From contig CAKSVM010000006.1 of NCBI GenBank assembly GCA_934503195.1, positions 1,927 through 65,926 on the forward strand: a stretch of 64,000 nucleotides of DNA, in the 5' to 3' direction. This document shows positions 43,919 to 53,652 of this stretch, piece after piece; within the stretch, counting starts at the first letter, position 1; each line of letters starts with the position of its first letter. Source of the DNA: an uncultured Eubacteriales bacterium. GTDB taxonomy: Bacteria; Bacillota; Clostridia; Oscillospirales; CAG-272. Under the pieces are notes generated by a model. It was not told the DNA's origin and searched no databases. It was given only the letters and a program-made list of their open reading frames with translations. The position numbers were made by a program, and so were the translations under genes.

Positions 43919-45838
43919 GTGAAGCGAAAAATTCTCTATGCCGCCGGAATAATTCTCACGGTGATCTGTCTTGTGCTTGTGATGTCGGCCGTGTTCCGCC
44001 GCGACAGCGGCGAGATGGTGAGCCTGACGGCTGAAGACGGAATACTTGATCTTAAGGAATACAGTCTTGCCGAAACGACAATCCGTATTGGCGGCGGATA
44101 CGCGTTCTACGGCGAAAAATTTCTCTCGGAGGAGAATTCCTCCGACCCGCCCGGCGAGTTTGACGGAAGCCTCAGATACGGAACGCATAAGCTCACGATA
44201 ATCTCAAAGCCGGACGAGTGCCTGACTCTCACGGGATATTCGGTCGACTACTCGACCCGCGTCTTCGTGAACGGCGGCAAGGTGCTTGAAATCGGAAAGG
44301 TCTCGTCGGATCCGGAAGCCTCGACGCCGCGGATCGGCTACATGACCATCCCGGTCTTCACCAGAGACGACGGAACCGCAGAGATTCTGATCGAATACTC
44401 GAATTTCGTCCATCCGGACGGCGGATTCGTTCCAACCCTCTTCCTCTCGTCGCCCTACAGAATAGATCTGATGCAGAGAGTGAACGATCTCCGCTCGATC
44501 GCGCTCGGCGGCTCGCTTTTAATGTTCGCGATGTATTTTCTGCTCTGCGCGGCCTTTCAGCGTCAGTTACAGTATGTCGCGCTCTCGGCCTGCTGTCTGC
44601 TTTTAGGCCTTCGCGATCAGGATTTCTTCGTCGTCCACCTGCTCCGCCCAGACTATGACTGGAATATCGCCTATCGCTTTCTCGTCATGATGATTTCGTT
44701 ACAGTTCCCCGCTCTGCTGATTCTCCTTTCGAGTCTCTGGCCGGGATGCGTGAAGAAGAAGTGGAACATCGCTTTTTCGGGTCTGATCGGCGTCGTCGGG
44801 ATACTTCATTTCGTCCTCTCGACGATGTACACAGCGAAGCTCGCGACGCTTTCGTATATCCTCTGCGTACCCTACGCGCTGATTATCGCCGCCGGAGCGG
44901 TGAAAAGGACGAAAAACGGAGTAAAGCCGACCAGCGAGGGGATCGTCACGCTCGCCGGATATCTTCTCCTCTTCGCGTCGCAGTTCTATGAGGCGGTGCT
45001 CGGCCGTCAGGTTCAGAGCGTGACCCGGAACGGAACCACGCCGATCTTCATGCTCATCTTCGTGATGCTGATCGCCGCGTCGATCGGAATGGGAATCAGC
45101 CGCCGCGAGCGCGAGCTTGAGGAGAGCCGCCGTCAGAACTCGGTTCTCGAACAGCTGAATTTACTCAAAAACGATTTTCTCCACCGTGTCGCTCACGAGC
45201 TTCGGACGCCGCTGACCGTCATGAGCGGCTACGCTCAGCTCACCGAGCGTCAGATTCTCCGCTCGACGACTGACGAAAAGACGATCGAGCACCTGAAAGT
45301 TATCTCCTCCGAGGCGAAAAGACTTTCGGATCTCGTCTCAAAGCTCACCGAGATGCTCAAAGGCCGAACAGAACCTCCGGAAATGCGGCGGGTCGACGTG
45401 AAAAAGCTCCTCTCCGACTCGGCGGAAATCTGCCGCCCGATGCTTCTCAAAAACTCAAACTCGCTCGTCATCGAGTGCCCCGACGAGCTTTACATAAGCG
45501 GAAACCGCGAGATGCTGATGCAGCTCTTCATAAACCTCGCCGCGAACTCGAATCGGCACACACAAAACGGAGTCGTCACCTTCAAAGCCGAAAAGGAGCG
45601 TCAGAGCGGCATTCTCGTCCGCGTCGCCGACAACGGTGATGGGATTCCGAAGGAACATATCGACCATATCTTTGAAAACGGCTACAGCCCTGACAACGGA
45701 AGCGGTCTCGGACTCACGATCTGCAAGGACGCGGCCGAAATTCACGGCGGCGAGCTTAAGCTTGAATCGACCGGGGATTCCGGCACGGTCTTCGTCTGCC
45801 GCTTCCCGGAATATAAGGATGAAAGGAGGGAGATCTGA
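43919..45838 (+). CDS. sensor histidine kinase with extracellular domain and 7-TM (7TMR-DISM-like) module
   Basis: 639 aa, GTG start. Multiple TM helices. H-box HELRTPLTVMSGY; N/G boxes NLAANSNRH, DNGDGIP, GSGLGL. Confidence 0.85.
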   Translation: MKRKILYAAGIILTVICLVLVMSAVFRRDSGEMVSLTAEDGILDLKEYSLAETTIRIGGGYAFYGEKFLSEENSSDPPGEFDGSLRYGTHKLTIISKPDECLTLTGYSVDYSTRVFVNGGKVLEIGKVSSDPEASTPRIGYMTIPVFTRDDGTAEILIEYSNFVHPDGGFVPTLFLSSPYRIDLMQRVNDLRSIALGGSLLMFAMYFLLCAAFQRQLQYVALSACCLLLGLRDQDFFVVHLLRPDYDWNIAYRFLVMMISLQFPALLILLSSLWPGCVKKKWNIAFSGLIGVVGILHFVLSTMYTAKLATLSYILCVPYALIIAAGAVKRTKNGVKPTSEGIVTLAGYLLLFASQFYEAVLGRQVQSVTRNGTTPIFMLIFVMLIAASIGMGISRRERELEESRRQNSVLEQLNLLKNDFLHRVAHELRTPLTVMSGYAQLTERQILRSTTDEKTIEHLKVISSEAKRLSDLVSKLTEMLKGRTEPPEMRRVDVKKLLSDSAEICRPMLLKNSNSLVIECPDELYISGNREMLMQLFINLAANSNRHTQNGVVTFKAEKERQSGILVRVADNGDGIPKEHIDHIFENGYSPDNGSGLGLTICKDAAEIHGGELKLESTGDSGTVFVCRFPEYKDERREI

Positions 45839-45840
45839 TC

Positions 45841-46521
45841 ATGATGAACGAAAAGCCGCTGATACTGCTTGTCGAGGACAACCCTTATATAATGGAAATA
45901 AACCGAACCGAGCTTGAGGAAAGCGGATTCGAGGTCATCGGCGCGGACACGGTGAAACGCTGCCGCGAGCTTCTCGGCTTCTACGACGTCGACCTGATCA
46001 TCCTCGACATAATGCTTCCTGACGGCGACGGGGTCGGACTCTGCCGCGAGATCCGTAAGATCCGCCGGACGCCGATACTCTTCGTCTCCGCGCTCGGCGA
46101 GAGTCCCGACATTGTGAAGGGACTCGCAAGCGGCGGCGACGATTATCTCCCGAAGCCGTACGATCTTGAAATCCTGACCGCGAAGGTAAACGCGCTCCTG
46201 CGGTCGAGTCAGCGGATCGGGAGGCACGTGCGATTCGAGGGGATTTTAATGAATCTTTTAAGCGGCGAGGCCGAGATCGACGGGCGTCCGCTTAGCCTGA
46301 CGCAGAAGGAATTCGCGCTTCTGGCGTCGCTGGCCAAGGACCCGGTCGAGCAGGACGGTGAAAATCTCCTCACAAAGCTCTGGGGGCAATCAGGCGACAT
46401 GAACGCGCTGAGCCTCACAATCTCGCGCCTAAAACAAAAACTCGCGGACAGCTCGGTCACGATAACGACAAGACGCGCGCCGAATTATCTTGTCAGCATA
46501 AAGCGCACCGAACGGCAGTAA
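45841..46521 (+). CDS. OmpR-family response regulator
   Basis: LILLVEDN, DLIILDIMLPDGDG, KPYD, C-terminal winged helix. Confidence 0.9.
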   Translation: MMNEKPLILLVEDNPYIMEINRTELEESGFEVIGADTVKRCRELLGFYDVDLIILDIMLPDGDGVGLCREIRKIRRTPILFVSALGESPDIVKGLASGGDDYLPKPYDLEILTAKVNALLRSSQRIGRHVRFEGILMNLLSGEAEIDGRPLSLTQKEFALLASLAKDPVEQDGENLLTKLWGQSGDMNALSLTISRLKQKLADSSVTITTRRAPNYLVSIKRTERQ

Positions 46522-46611
46522 TCTTCGGCCGGAACCCGGCATATACTTTCGCAAAGGACAATCAGGCTGAGTCCTGACCCGAAACCACGCGAAAGGAATG
46601 AAAAGCTCACT

Positions 46612-49242
46612 TTGGATAAGCCCGCAGGATTAAACGAAAGCGAAGTCGAACTCTCACGGAATAAGTTCGGCGCGAACCGACTCACCAAAAGAAAACGCAA
46701 GAGCTTCTTAAGACAGTTCCTCGAAAATCTCGGAGATCCGGTCATCCGGATACTTCTCTGCGCACTCGCCGTGAATATTCTCTTTCTCTTTAAGCGCGCC
46801 GACTGGTTTGAGACGGGCGGAATCGCCGCGGCGGTATTTCTCGCCACGCTGATCTCAACCCTCTCGGAATACGGCGGCGAGGCCGCTTTTGAACGACTGT
46901 GCGCCGAGTCGGAGAAAACCCGCTGCCGCGTCAGACGCTCGGGGAAGATCATCGAAATCCCGTCGTCCGAGCTCGTTGTCGGCGACCTTGTGATAATCTC
47001 GGCCGGGGAAGGAATCCCGGCAGACGGGCGGATTGTCTCAGGAAAGCTCGGCGTCGACCAGTCCGCGATGACCGGGGAAAGCCGCGAGGTGCAAAAATTC
47101 CGCGAAAGCAGCTCCGGAAATGGCGTTTCGGACGGTTCTCCGTCCGACCCGAACGCGCTCTTTTCGGGAACCGTCGCGGTCTCGGGCGAATGCGGGTTTG
47201 TCGTCACCGCGGTCGGAGACGAAACCGCGCTCGGCGGGATTTCCGGAGAGATTCAGACCGACACCCGCCCTTCTCCGCTCAAAATCCGCCTTTCAAAGCT
47301 CGCCGCCGTGATAAGCAGAGTCGGATACATAGCGGCGGGACTCGTCGCGGCGGCGTTTCTCATCAACACTTTTTTAATTGACAGCCGCTTTGACCCGGCG
47401 GTGATCACGAAAAAGCTCTCGGACTGGAGATTTCTCCTCGAAAGCCTGACCCACGCGCTTACACTCGCGCTGACCGTTATCGTCGTCGCGGTTCCGGAAG
47501 GGCTTCCGATGATGATCGCGGTCGTTCTCTCGGCGAACACCAGACGGATGGTGAAGGACAAGGTGCTTGTCAGAAAGCCGACCGGAATCGAGGCGGCCGG
47601 GAGCATGAACATCCTCTTCACCGACAAGACCGGGACGCTTACCGAGGGAAAGATCAGCGTGATCTCGTTCGCGACTCCCGACGGGGACTATAAAAAGCCG
47701 TCCGGCGCGCTTCTTGACGCGCTGAGACTCCACGCGGCCGCGAACTGCAAGGCGTCCTTCGGCGAAAAGGAGCTTCTCGGCGGCAACGCGACCGACCGCG
47801 CGCTCGCGGGGTTCGCCGGGAAGAATATTCCGAGGTGTGAGATCATCTCGACCCTCGACTTTGACAGCGCGCGTAAATTCTCGGCCGCGGCGGTGAGGGT
47901 AAACGGTAAGATCTTCACCCTCGTGAAAGGCGCGCCCGAGCTTCTGTCGCCGTCGATTTCGGATCACATTACGGAAAACGGACAGAAAAAGCCGATGCCG
48001 CCGGGATTCGTGCAGAATCTCCAGAATAAATCGACAAACGGCGAACGTCTTCTTCTCCTCGCCGCGGCCGACGGAAACCACGTGAAAGAGCTCGGAAACG
48101 GCAATATTCCGAAGCTGACGCTCCACGGGATTCTCATAATGCGCGACCGGCTCCGGAAATCCGCGAAGGAATCGGTAAAGACGCTCCGCGGCGCGGGAAT
48201 CGGCGTCGTCATGATCACCGGAGACAGCAGACAGACCGCCGAGGCGATCGCCAGAGAATGCGGTCTCTGCGACGGCGGCCGCGACGTGATCCTGACCGGA
48301 AGCGAGCTTTCGGCCTACAGCGACAAAAAGCTCGGCGAACTTTTGCCGCGTCTCGCGGCCGTGGCGAGAGCCCTTCCGTCCGACAAAAGCCGGCTTGTCA
48401 GAGTAGCGCAGGAGCGCGAGCTTGTCGTCGGCATGACCGGGGACGGAATCAACGACGCCCCGGCTCTCAAACGCGCCGACGTCGGATTCGCGCTGGGAAG
48501 CGGAACGCAGGTCGCGCGAGAGGCCGGGGACATAATAATCCTGGACGACGATCTCGCGTCGATCTCAAAGGCCGTGCTTTACGGCCGGAACATCTTCAAG
48601 AGCATACGGAAATTCATCACTTTACAGCTGACGATGAACATGAGCGCGGTCGGTGTCTCGATGATCTGTCCGTTTCTCGGGATCGACGCCCCGGTGACGG
48701 TCGTGCAGATGCTCTGGATAAACATTATAATGGACACTCTGGGCGGACTCGCGTTCGCGGGGGAGGCCGCGCTTCCCTTCATAATGAAGGAGCCGCCCAA
48801 GCGCAGGAGCGAGCCGATACTGAATTCCTACATGGTGAATCAGATCGCGGTACTCGGCGGATACACGACCGCGCTTTCGATATTCTTCCTGAAATCGCCG
48901 CGCGTGACGTCGCTTTTCAGATCCGCGCCCGACGACATTTATCTTCTGACGGCCTTCTTCGCGCTATTCATCTTCGCGGGAGTCTTCAACTGCTTCAACG
49001 CGCGCACCGACCGACTGCGGCTGCTCTCGGGGCTTCACAAAAACCCGGCCTTCATCGCGATAATGACTCTGATCGCGTTCGTGCAGATTCTGTTCGTCTA
49101 CCTCGGCGGCGCGGTGCTGAGAACGGCTCCGCTGACGCTTCACGAGCTTTTTGTGAGTCTCGTCTTCGCGGCGAGCGTTTTCCCGGCCGAGTTCATACGA
49201 AAGCTCATCTGGCGGACATTCTTCGGGAAGAAGGGATTCTGA
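46612..49242 (+). CDS. cation-translocating P-type ATPase (Ca2+/PMCA-SERCA-like P2 type)
   Basis: 876 aa, TTG start. TGES, DKTGTLT, MTGDGINDAPAL. Confidence 0.9.
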   Translation: MDKPAGLNESEVELSRNKFGANRLTKRKRKSFLRQFLENLGDPVIRILLCALAVNILFLFKRADWFETGGIAAAVFLATLISTLSEYGGEAAFERLCAESEKTRCRVRRSGKIIEIPSSELVVGDLVIISAGEGIPADGRIVSGKLGVDQSAMTGESREVQKFRESSSGNGVSDGSPSDPNALFSGTVAVSGECGFVVTAVGDETALGGISGEIQTDTRPSPLKIRLSKLAAVISRVGYIAAGLVAAAFLINTFLIDSRFDPAVITKKLSDWRFLLESLTHALTLALTVIVVAVPEGLPMMIAVVLSANTRRMVKDKVLVRKPTGIEAAGSMNILFTDKTGTLTEGKISVISFATPDGDYKKPSGALLDALRLHAAANCKASFGEKELLGGNATDRALAGFAGKNIPRCEIISTLDFDSARKFSAAAVRVNGKIFTLVKGAPELLSPSISDHITENGQKKPMPPGFVQNLQNKSTNGERLLLLAAADGNHVKELGNGNIPKLTLHGILIMRDRLRKSAKESVKTLRGAGIGVVMITGDSRQTAEAIARECGLCDGGRDVILTGSELSAYSDKKLGELLPRLAAVARALPSDKSRLVRVAQERELVVGMTGDGINDAPALKRADVGFALGSGTQVAREAGDIIILDDDLASISKAVLYGRNIFKSIRKFITLQLTMNMSAVGVSMICPFLGIDAPVTVVQMLWINIIMDTLGGLAFAGEAALPFIMKEPPKRRSEPILNSYMVNQIAVLGGYTTALSIFFLKSPRVTSLFRSAPDDIYLLTAFFALFIFAGVFNCFNARTDRLRLLSGLHKNPAFIAIMTLIAFVQILFVYLGGAVLRTAPLTLHELFVSLVFAASVFPAEFIRKLIWRTFFGKKGF

Positions 49243-49246
49243 CAAT

Positions 49247-49283
49247 AAAAGCGTTTCCCAATGATGCGGGAAACGCTTTTATT
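49247..49283. terminator. bidirectional terminator
   Basis: A4-GCGTTTCCC..GGGAAACGC-T4 between the ATPase gene and the convergent lipoprotein gene. Confidence 0.8.
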
Positions 49284-51485
49284 TTATTCGGCGAGATAAG
49301 TCGACGCGCGGTCCTGAATTATCCTCACCGTCTCGTCAATATCCTTCGCGCCCGAAATGTACGCGCCGACCTCCTCGGAGATTATCGACGAAATTTTCTG
49401 GAATTCAGGATAGGGCTTCGACGCGCCGTTAATCAGCGATTCTAAGAACCTCAGGTCGTCCTCGGTGAAGTCGCGCCTTGTAGTTCCGGGATATCCGCCG
49501 TCTTCCCCGTCCTTCCATTTCGTATATCCGCCGTTCGGCATGATCGCGTAATGGTACTCCATCTCACTCTCAGCACATTTTCTGAAAACCGGGATATTCG
49601 ACGAGAATCCGTCCCTCGCCCGCTCGGATTCAGCGACGAACTTAAGGAACTCAAACGCGCCTTCCTTCGCGCCGCTCTTTTCGGAGATCGCGAGGGTCAG
49701 CATCGGGAGGATGAAGCTTCCGTTTCCACGATCGGTCGCATAGCCGACATACGTAACGTCTCCGCCGAACCTGACCTCATCCAACGCGACACTTAAAAGA
49801 TTCGTTATAGTTTCATTATTGAGCATTATCCGGCTTTCGCGGTAGACAGCGTACCTGTCGGCGTTGTAATCCGCCAGATCGTCGCCAGAAAGCGTCCTGC
49901 TGTAGTCGAAAAATCCGCTCGGCTGAGTCTTCAGGAACTCAAGGAATTTTCTGAAAAGCGGCGTGTCAAAATCACACTTTCCGTTTTCGTAGTCAACCAC
50001 CCCGCCCGAGCCGAGCTTCAGCGCGAACTGCACGAGCGTCTCTGGCATCGATTTTCCGAAAAGATACTGCCCGTCCTCAAGCGTCCAGATAAACTCAATG
50101 AACTCCTCCGCGTTCCACGAATCGGGGAGGTTCTCTTTTTTCCCGACCGCCGTCTGGAGAGCGAACCGCGCGACGAATTCGGTCATCCGCCCGTCCCTGT
50201 CGGTTCCGTAGTCAAGCGCGCTCGTGAAATAATCGCCGCGGTCAAACCCGCCGTCAGCGTCAATAAGCTTCAAAATGTCCGCGAACGCGCCGCTTTTCTT
50301 AAGATCATTGATGCACGAAAATCCGTTAGTCGCCACGATATCCGGCGCGCCGCCCGAGACGAACTCGTTTTTCAGCACCTTGTCGCTCGCCTCGCGGTCA
50401 TTGTAGAGCGCGCGGTACTCGGAATAACCCACAAGCTTCACCCGGTACTTTTCGCTCTGGCGGTTAAACCTGACCGCGAGCGTGTTGAGATCATGCCCGG
50501 TCGTCATGTAAGCGACCTTAATCTCCCTTTTGAGCGGAACCTCGTCGTCGGGAATCCGCTTCATGAAGAGAAGCTCTTTTTCCACCGGGAGAGATGAGTA
50601 ATCCGTCGCAAAGCAGACCACCGACTCGGCGTCGATCACCGAAAGATTCATGTAGAGCGACGGATCGACGTCCGAATTGAGAAAATCCAGAATCTTTTCC
50701 CCGCCATAAGCGCGGTGAATCTCGCCGTTATAGTCGTAGAAAAGGCCGTCTTCCGCGCTTCCGTAAAGCTTCGCGTTCACCGGGACGTCTTCGAGAACCT
50801 CCCATTCCGCGAGATTTTTCGTCTCCGGATCGATCTTCGCGATCTTCCTTTTAATAAGCGTCGCGTCCGAGGTCTCGACATAAACCTCGCCGCCGAGCGT
50901 GAGGATATACGCGTTGTTGTCAGAGTCGACCTCGAAGATAAGCTTCATTCCGGGATCGAACACAGCGATCACATTTTCGCCCGCGATGTAGATGAGTCCG
51001 TCCTTGTCAACAGCGATTCCGCGCGGCGTGTTGTCGGTAAAATCCTGCCCGAACGCCTCATTTACGCTCCCGCACAGCGTGACGATTTCCCCGTCCTTCA
51101 CCTTCGTGACGTAATAATCCCTCCTCGCGGTGAAATCGGGATCTCGTCCGATGACATAAATCTCCCCTCCGGCCGCGGCGATTCTCTCGGGATACCCGTC
51201 CCCGATTTCGACGAGCATCGAAAAATTCCCGTCGCGGTCGAGCTTATAAATCACCGTCGAGTAGTTTGTCTTCCCTTCAAGATATTCATAGCCGTTGAAA
51301 AGCAGATACGCTGCGTCGCCGTCAGACGCGATATCCTTGTAGAAAACGTTTTCGCCGAAATCATGGCTCACCGTGCTGAAAACGCAGTCGGCGCGGGTCA
51401 GCTCCTCATCCTTTCCGCAGGACGACGAAAGAGTCATCGAAAAGATCATCAGAATCGTAAGAATAATTGTGGTAGTCTTTTTCAT
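49284..51485 (-). CDS. large lipoprotein: N-terminal beta-propeller-like region + C-terminal ABC solute-binding-protein-like domain
   Basis: Start at MKKTTTIILTILMIFSMTLSSSCG (lipobox) after GGAGG. Paralog of 51552-53462. Confidence 0.7.
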   Translation of the reverse strand: MKKTTTIILTILMIFSMTLSSSCGKDEELTRADCVFSTVSHDFGENVFYKDIASDGDAAYLLFNGYEYLEGKTNYSTVIYKLDRDGNFSMLVEIGDGYPERIAAAGGEIYVIGRDPDFTARRDYYVTKVKDGEIVTLCGSVNEAFGQDFTDNTPRGIAVDKDGLIYIAGENVIAVFDPGMKLIFEVDSDNNAYILTLGGEVYVETSDATLIKRKIAKIDPETKNLAEWEVLEDVPVNAKLYGSAEDGLFYDYNGEIHRAYGGEKILDFLNSDVDPSLYMNLSVIDAESVVCFATDYSSLPVEKELLFMKRIPDDEVPLKREIKVAYMTTGHDLNTLAVRFNRQSEKYRVKLVGYSEYRALYNDREASDKVLKNEFVSGGAPDIVATNGFSCINDLKKSGAFADILKLIDADGGFDRGDYFTSALDYGTDRDGRMTEFVARFALQTAVGKKENLPDSWNAEEFIEFIWTLEDGQYLFGKSMPETLVQFALKLGSGGVVDYENGKCDFDTPLFRKFLEFLKTQPSGFFDYSRTLSGDDLADYNADRYAVYRESRIMLNNETITNLLSVALDEVRFGGDVTYVGYATDRGNGSFILPMLTLAISEKSGAKEGAFEFLKFVAESERARDGFSSNIPVFRKCAESEMEYHYAIMPNGGYTKWKDGEDGGYPGTTRRDFTEDDLRFLESLINGASKPYPEFQKISSIISEEVGAYISGAKDIDETVRIIQDRASTYLAE

Positions 51486-51551
51486 GGTTCTTCCTCCAGT
51501 AACAGTGATATAATAAATAAGACGCAAAATTCGCGGGAAAGTTCCGGAAAA

Positions 51552-53462
51552 TCAGCGATTTTCCGAAATAAATGTGGAAACGCGGTCGTTTATCAGTCCG
51601 ATCGTCTCGTCGGCCGTCTTCACGCCGGAAAAATACGCCGAAGCCTCTTCAAGCACTATGCTAATCACCGGGTCGAAATAATCATATCCGCGCGACGCGC
51701 CGTCGATAAGCTCAAAAAGCTTGTCGGCGTGTTCCTCACCGAAGACGAATAAAAGCTTTCCGGCCGGAGGTTCCCTTCCGTCAGGAAGTCCGCTTATCGC
51801 CCCGTTTTCCGAAACGGCGTAGCGGTCGCCGATATTTTCCGAGAGTCTTTCACGAAGCGACGATTTCAGCGTCATCGGCCGCCCGCCGACAAAAAGCTCC
51901 TTTATAAGCTCCCAAGACTCGTCCTTCAGCGCGGATCTTGAGTAAATCGAAAAGCTCTCGTTGACGAAAATCGCGGTTCCGCTTCCGTTTCCGGTCGGAA
52001 GCCCGGTAAAGCCGTCAAGCTCACGCCCCGCCGCGAGTCTGATGAATTCGCTTATCAGGCTGTACTCATCGAGGTCGAGAATTCTGAACTCCTCCTCTCC
52101 GGAATCCCTGAAATTCTTTATCATCGAAAGCAGCCGTCTGAAATCCTCCTTGTCAAAATCGCATCCGCGGTCGGTGACGAATTCGTCCATCGAGAGCGTC
52201 AGGAGATTGTAGAGGAGAAAGTCCCCGCTGTAGGTGAAGGGATTTCCGCTCCTTTCGTCGACGTCGTCGAGCAGCGACGATAACGTGTAATGTCCGCTCT
52301 TCCCGTCTGAAAACATTGTCCGGAGCGAAAAATCCGAGATAAGCTCGTAAAGCTTCCCTTCCTTTTCGGCGTTCACCGTCGCGGCCGAGATGAGATCCCC
52401 GCGCGAAAGCTCGGGATCGGAATCAATGAAGCCGTATAAATCGGCGAACATCTTCGCCTTCACATAAGCCCGCTTGTAGCCGAACCGCTCGTCGTCGCGC
52501 GTGAAGATCATCACGTCGGGAATCTTTCCCGCGACGATATCATACCGTAATTTCACCGCGCCGCGCGTCGGGTCGTCGGGCGTGTTGTATTTCGAGTAGT
52601 CGTCGAGCAGAGCGCGCACCGACGTGTTTTTGCGGTTGAAACGGATTATCGCCGAACGCAGCTCGTCCGACGCTCCCGACCCGGCGACGCGGATTATGTA
52701 TTTTTCGGGGATTTCCGACTCGTCGAGCCGGTCAAAGCGGTAATATGAGGTCTCGTATCCGTCGGCCGACGCCTCGCGCAGCGCGGCGTAGAAGCGATCC
52801 TCCGACTCCACCGCGAGCTTAACGATGCTCCGCGCGTCGATGTCGGAATTTATGTAGTCGCACAAAAGCTCCGCCTCGCCGCCGTCCGACGCCCAGAGAC
52901 CGTCCCCGGTCGAGAGATAGACCTCGTGTCCCGGCGAGACAAAGATATCGGCGCGCGAAAATACAGTTTCGGGCGGAAGAGCCAGCGTTTCTCCCGGCTT
53001 TCCGTCCGGACCGATTTTCCTCAGAGTCCGCGAATAGTCAAAATCGAGATACGACGCGAAAACCTCGCCGCCCGACGAAAAAATCTCCGCGTCGCTGCCC
53101 GGGAGCTTCGCGGTAGTCACATTATCGCCATCAATCACCGCGATATAGGTTCCGCCGAGAAGATAGATCCGCCCATCCGAAACGGCAAGCGACGTCACGC
53201 GCCGCACCGGCTGGTCAAAGACCGAGGCCGCGTCGGAGAGGATTTCGGTTTCCTCTCCGTTCTTTTCGAGGACAAGTCTGCTTTCGCAGAGTTTAAGCGT
53301 ACCGCCGTCAAAGCTGACGGCGGACGAAAGCCCGTCCGGCTCGGCGTCAAGCTCTGTGCAGGAATAGACATGATCGGCGCGTGAAAGCTCCGGCTCCGCA
53401 TTCCCGCAGGAAACGAGCGGGGTAAACATGATCACAAGGAATAAAGCGATGATTCTTTTCAT
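51552..53462 (-). CDS. large lipoprotein, paralog of 49284-51485
   Basis: Start at MKRIIALFLVIMFTPLVSCG after AAAGGAGG. Shared blocks (NSD(I/V)D, IRFNR, C-terminal ..EE..AY(F/I)SG.K..DET..I(N/Q)DR(V/A)ST(F/Y)). Confidence 0.7.
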   Translation of the reverse strand: MKRIIALFLVIMFTPLVSCGNAEPELSRADHVYSCTELDAEPDGLSSAVSFDGGTLKLCESRLVLEKNGEETEILSDAASVFDQPVRRVTSLAVSDGRIYLLGGTYIAVIDGDNVTTAKLPGSDAEIFSSGGEVFASYLDFDYSRTLRKIGPDGKPGETLALPPETVFSRADIFVSPGHEVYLSTGDGLWASDGGEAELLCDYINSDIDARSIVKLAVESEDRFYAALREASADGYETSYYRFDRLDESEIPEKYIIRVAGSGASDELRSAIIRFNRKNTSVRALLDDYSKYNTPDDPTRGAVKLRYDIVAGKIPDVMIFTRDDERFGYKRAYVKAKMFADLYGFIDSDPELSRGDLISAATVNAEKEGKLYELISDFSLRTMFSDGKSGHYTLSSLLDDVDERSGNPFTYSGDFLLYNLLTLSMDEFVTDRGCDFDKEDFRRLLSMIKNFRDSGEEEFRILDLDEYSLISEFIRLAAGRELDGFTGLPTGNGSGTAIFVNESFSIYSRSALKDESWELIKELFVGGRPMTLKSSLRERLSENIGDRYAVSENGAISGLPDGREPPAGKLLFVFGEEHADKLFELIDGASRGYDYFDPVISIVLEEASAYFSGVKTADETIGLINDRVSTFISENR

Positions 53463-53484
53463 TCCGAAAGCCTCCTTTTTGTCT

Positions 53485-53513
53485 ATTATATCATAAAGCT
53501 CTGTGTTTGTCAA
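53485..53513 (-). promoter_or_regulatory. promoter of the lipoprotein pair
   Basis: Minus strand TTGACA - 17 nt - TATAAT. Confidence 0.7.
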
Positions 53514-53592
53514 GCACTTATTCTTCATTTGTCCCGCAAAACGAAAAATTCACATATACACGATTTTTCCCGACCGAATTCACAAATAAAGC

Positions 53593-53621
53593 TTGAAATC
53601 CCGCGCAAGTGGTGCTATAAT
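53593..53621 (+). promoter_or_regulatory. pepF promoter
   Basis: TTGAAA - 17 nt - TATAAT with TGC extended -10. Confidence 0.65.
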
Positions 53622-53652
53622 ATGGTTAATATCCTATGGAGGTATAAACGAA

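Noticed and set aside
43772-44188. 138-aa minus-strand ORF
   Set aside because: It overlaps the divergent promoter region and the 5' end of the histidine kinase gene. It has no RBS.
46598-46633. 11-codon upstream ORF overlapping the TTG start of the P-type ATPase
   Set aside because: The ATG directly abuts the purine-rich stretch with no usable spacing, and there is no conservation evidence. It is mentioned only because the ATPase start itself (TTG, distant RBS) is weakly supported.
48258-49445. 395-aa plus-strand ORF (Arg-rich)
   Set aside because: An alternative frame of the P-type ATPase gene that continues into the convergent lipoprotein gene. The composition (R/G/A) indicates an out-of-frame artefact.
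50715-51752. 345-aa plus-strand ORF
   Set aside because: Antisense to the lipoprotein gene and spans an intergenic region. It is not coding.
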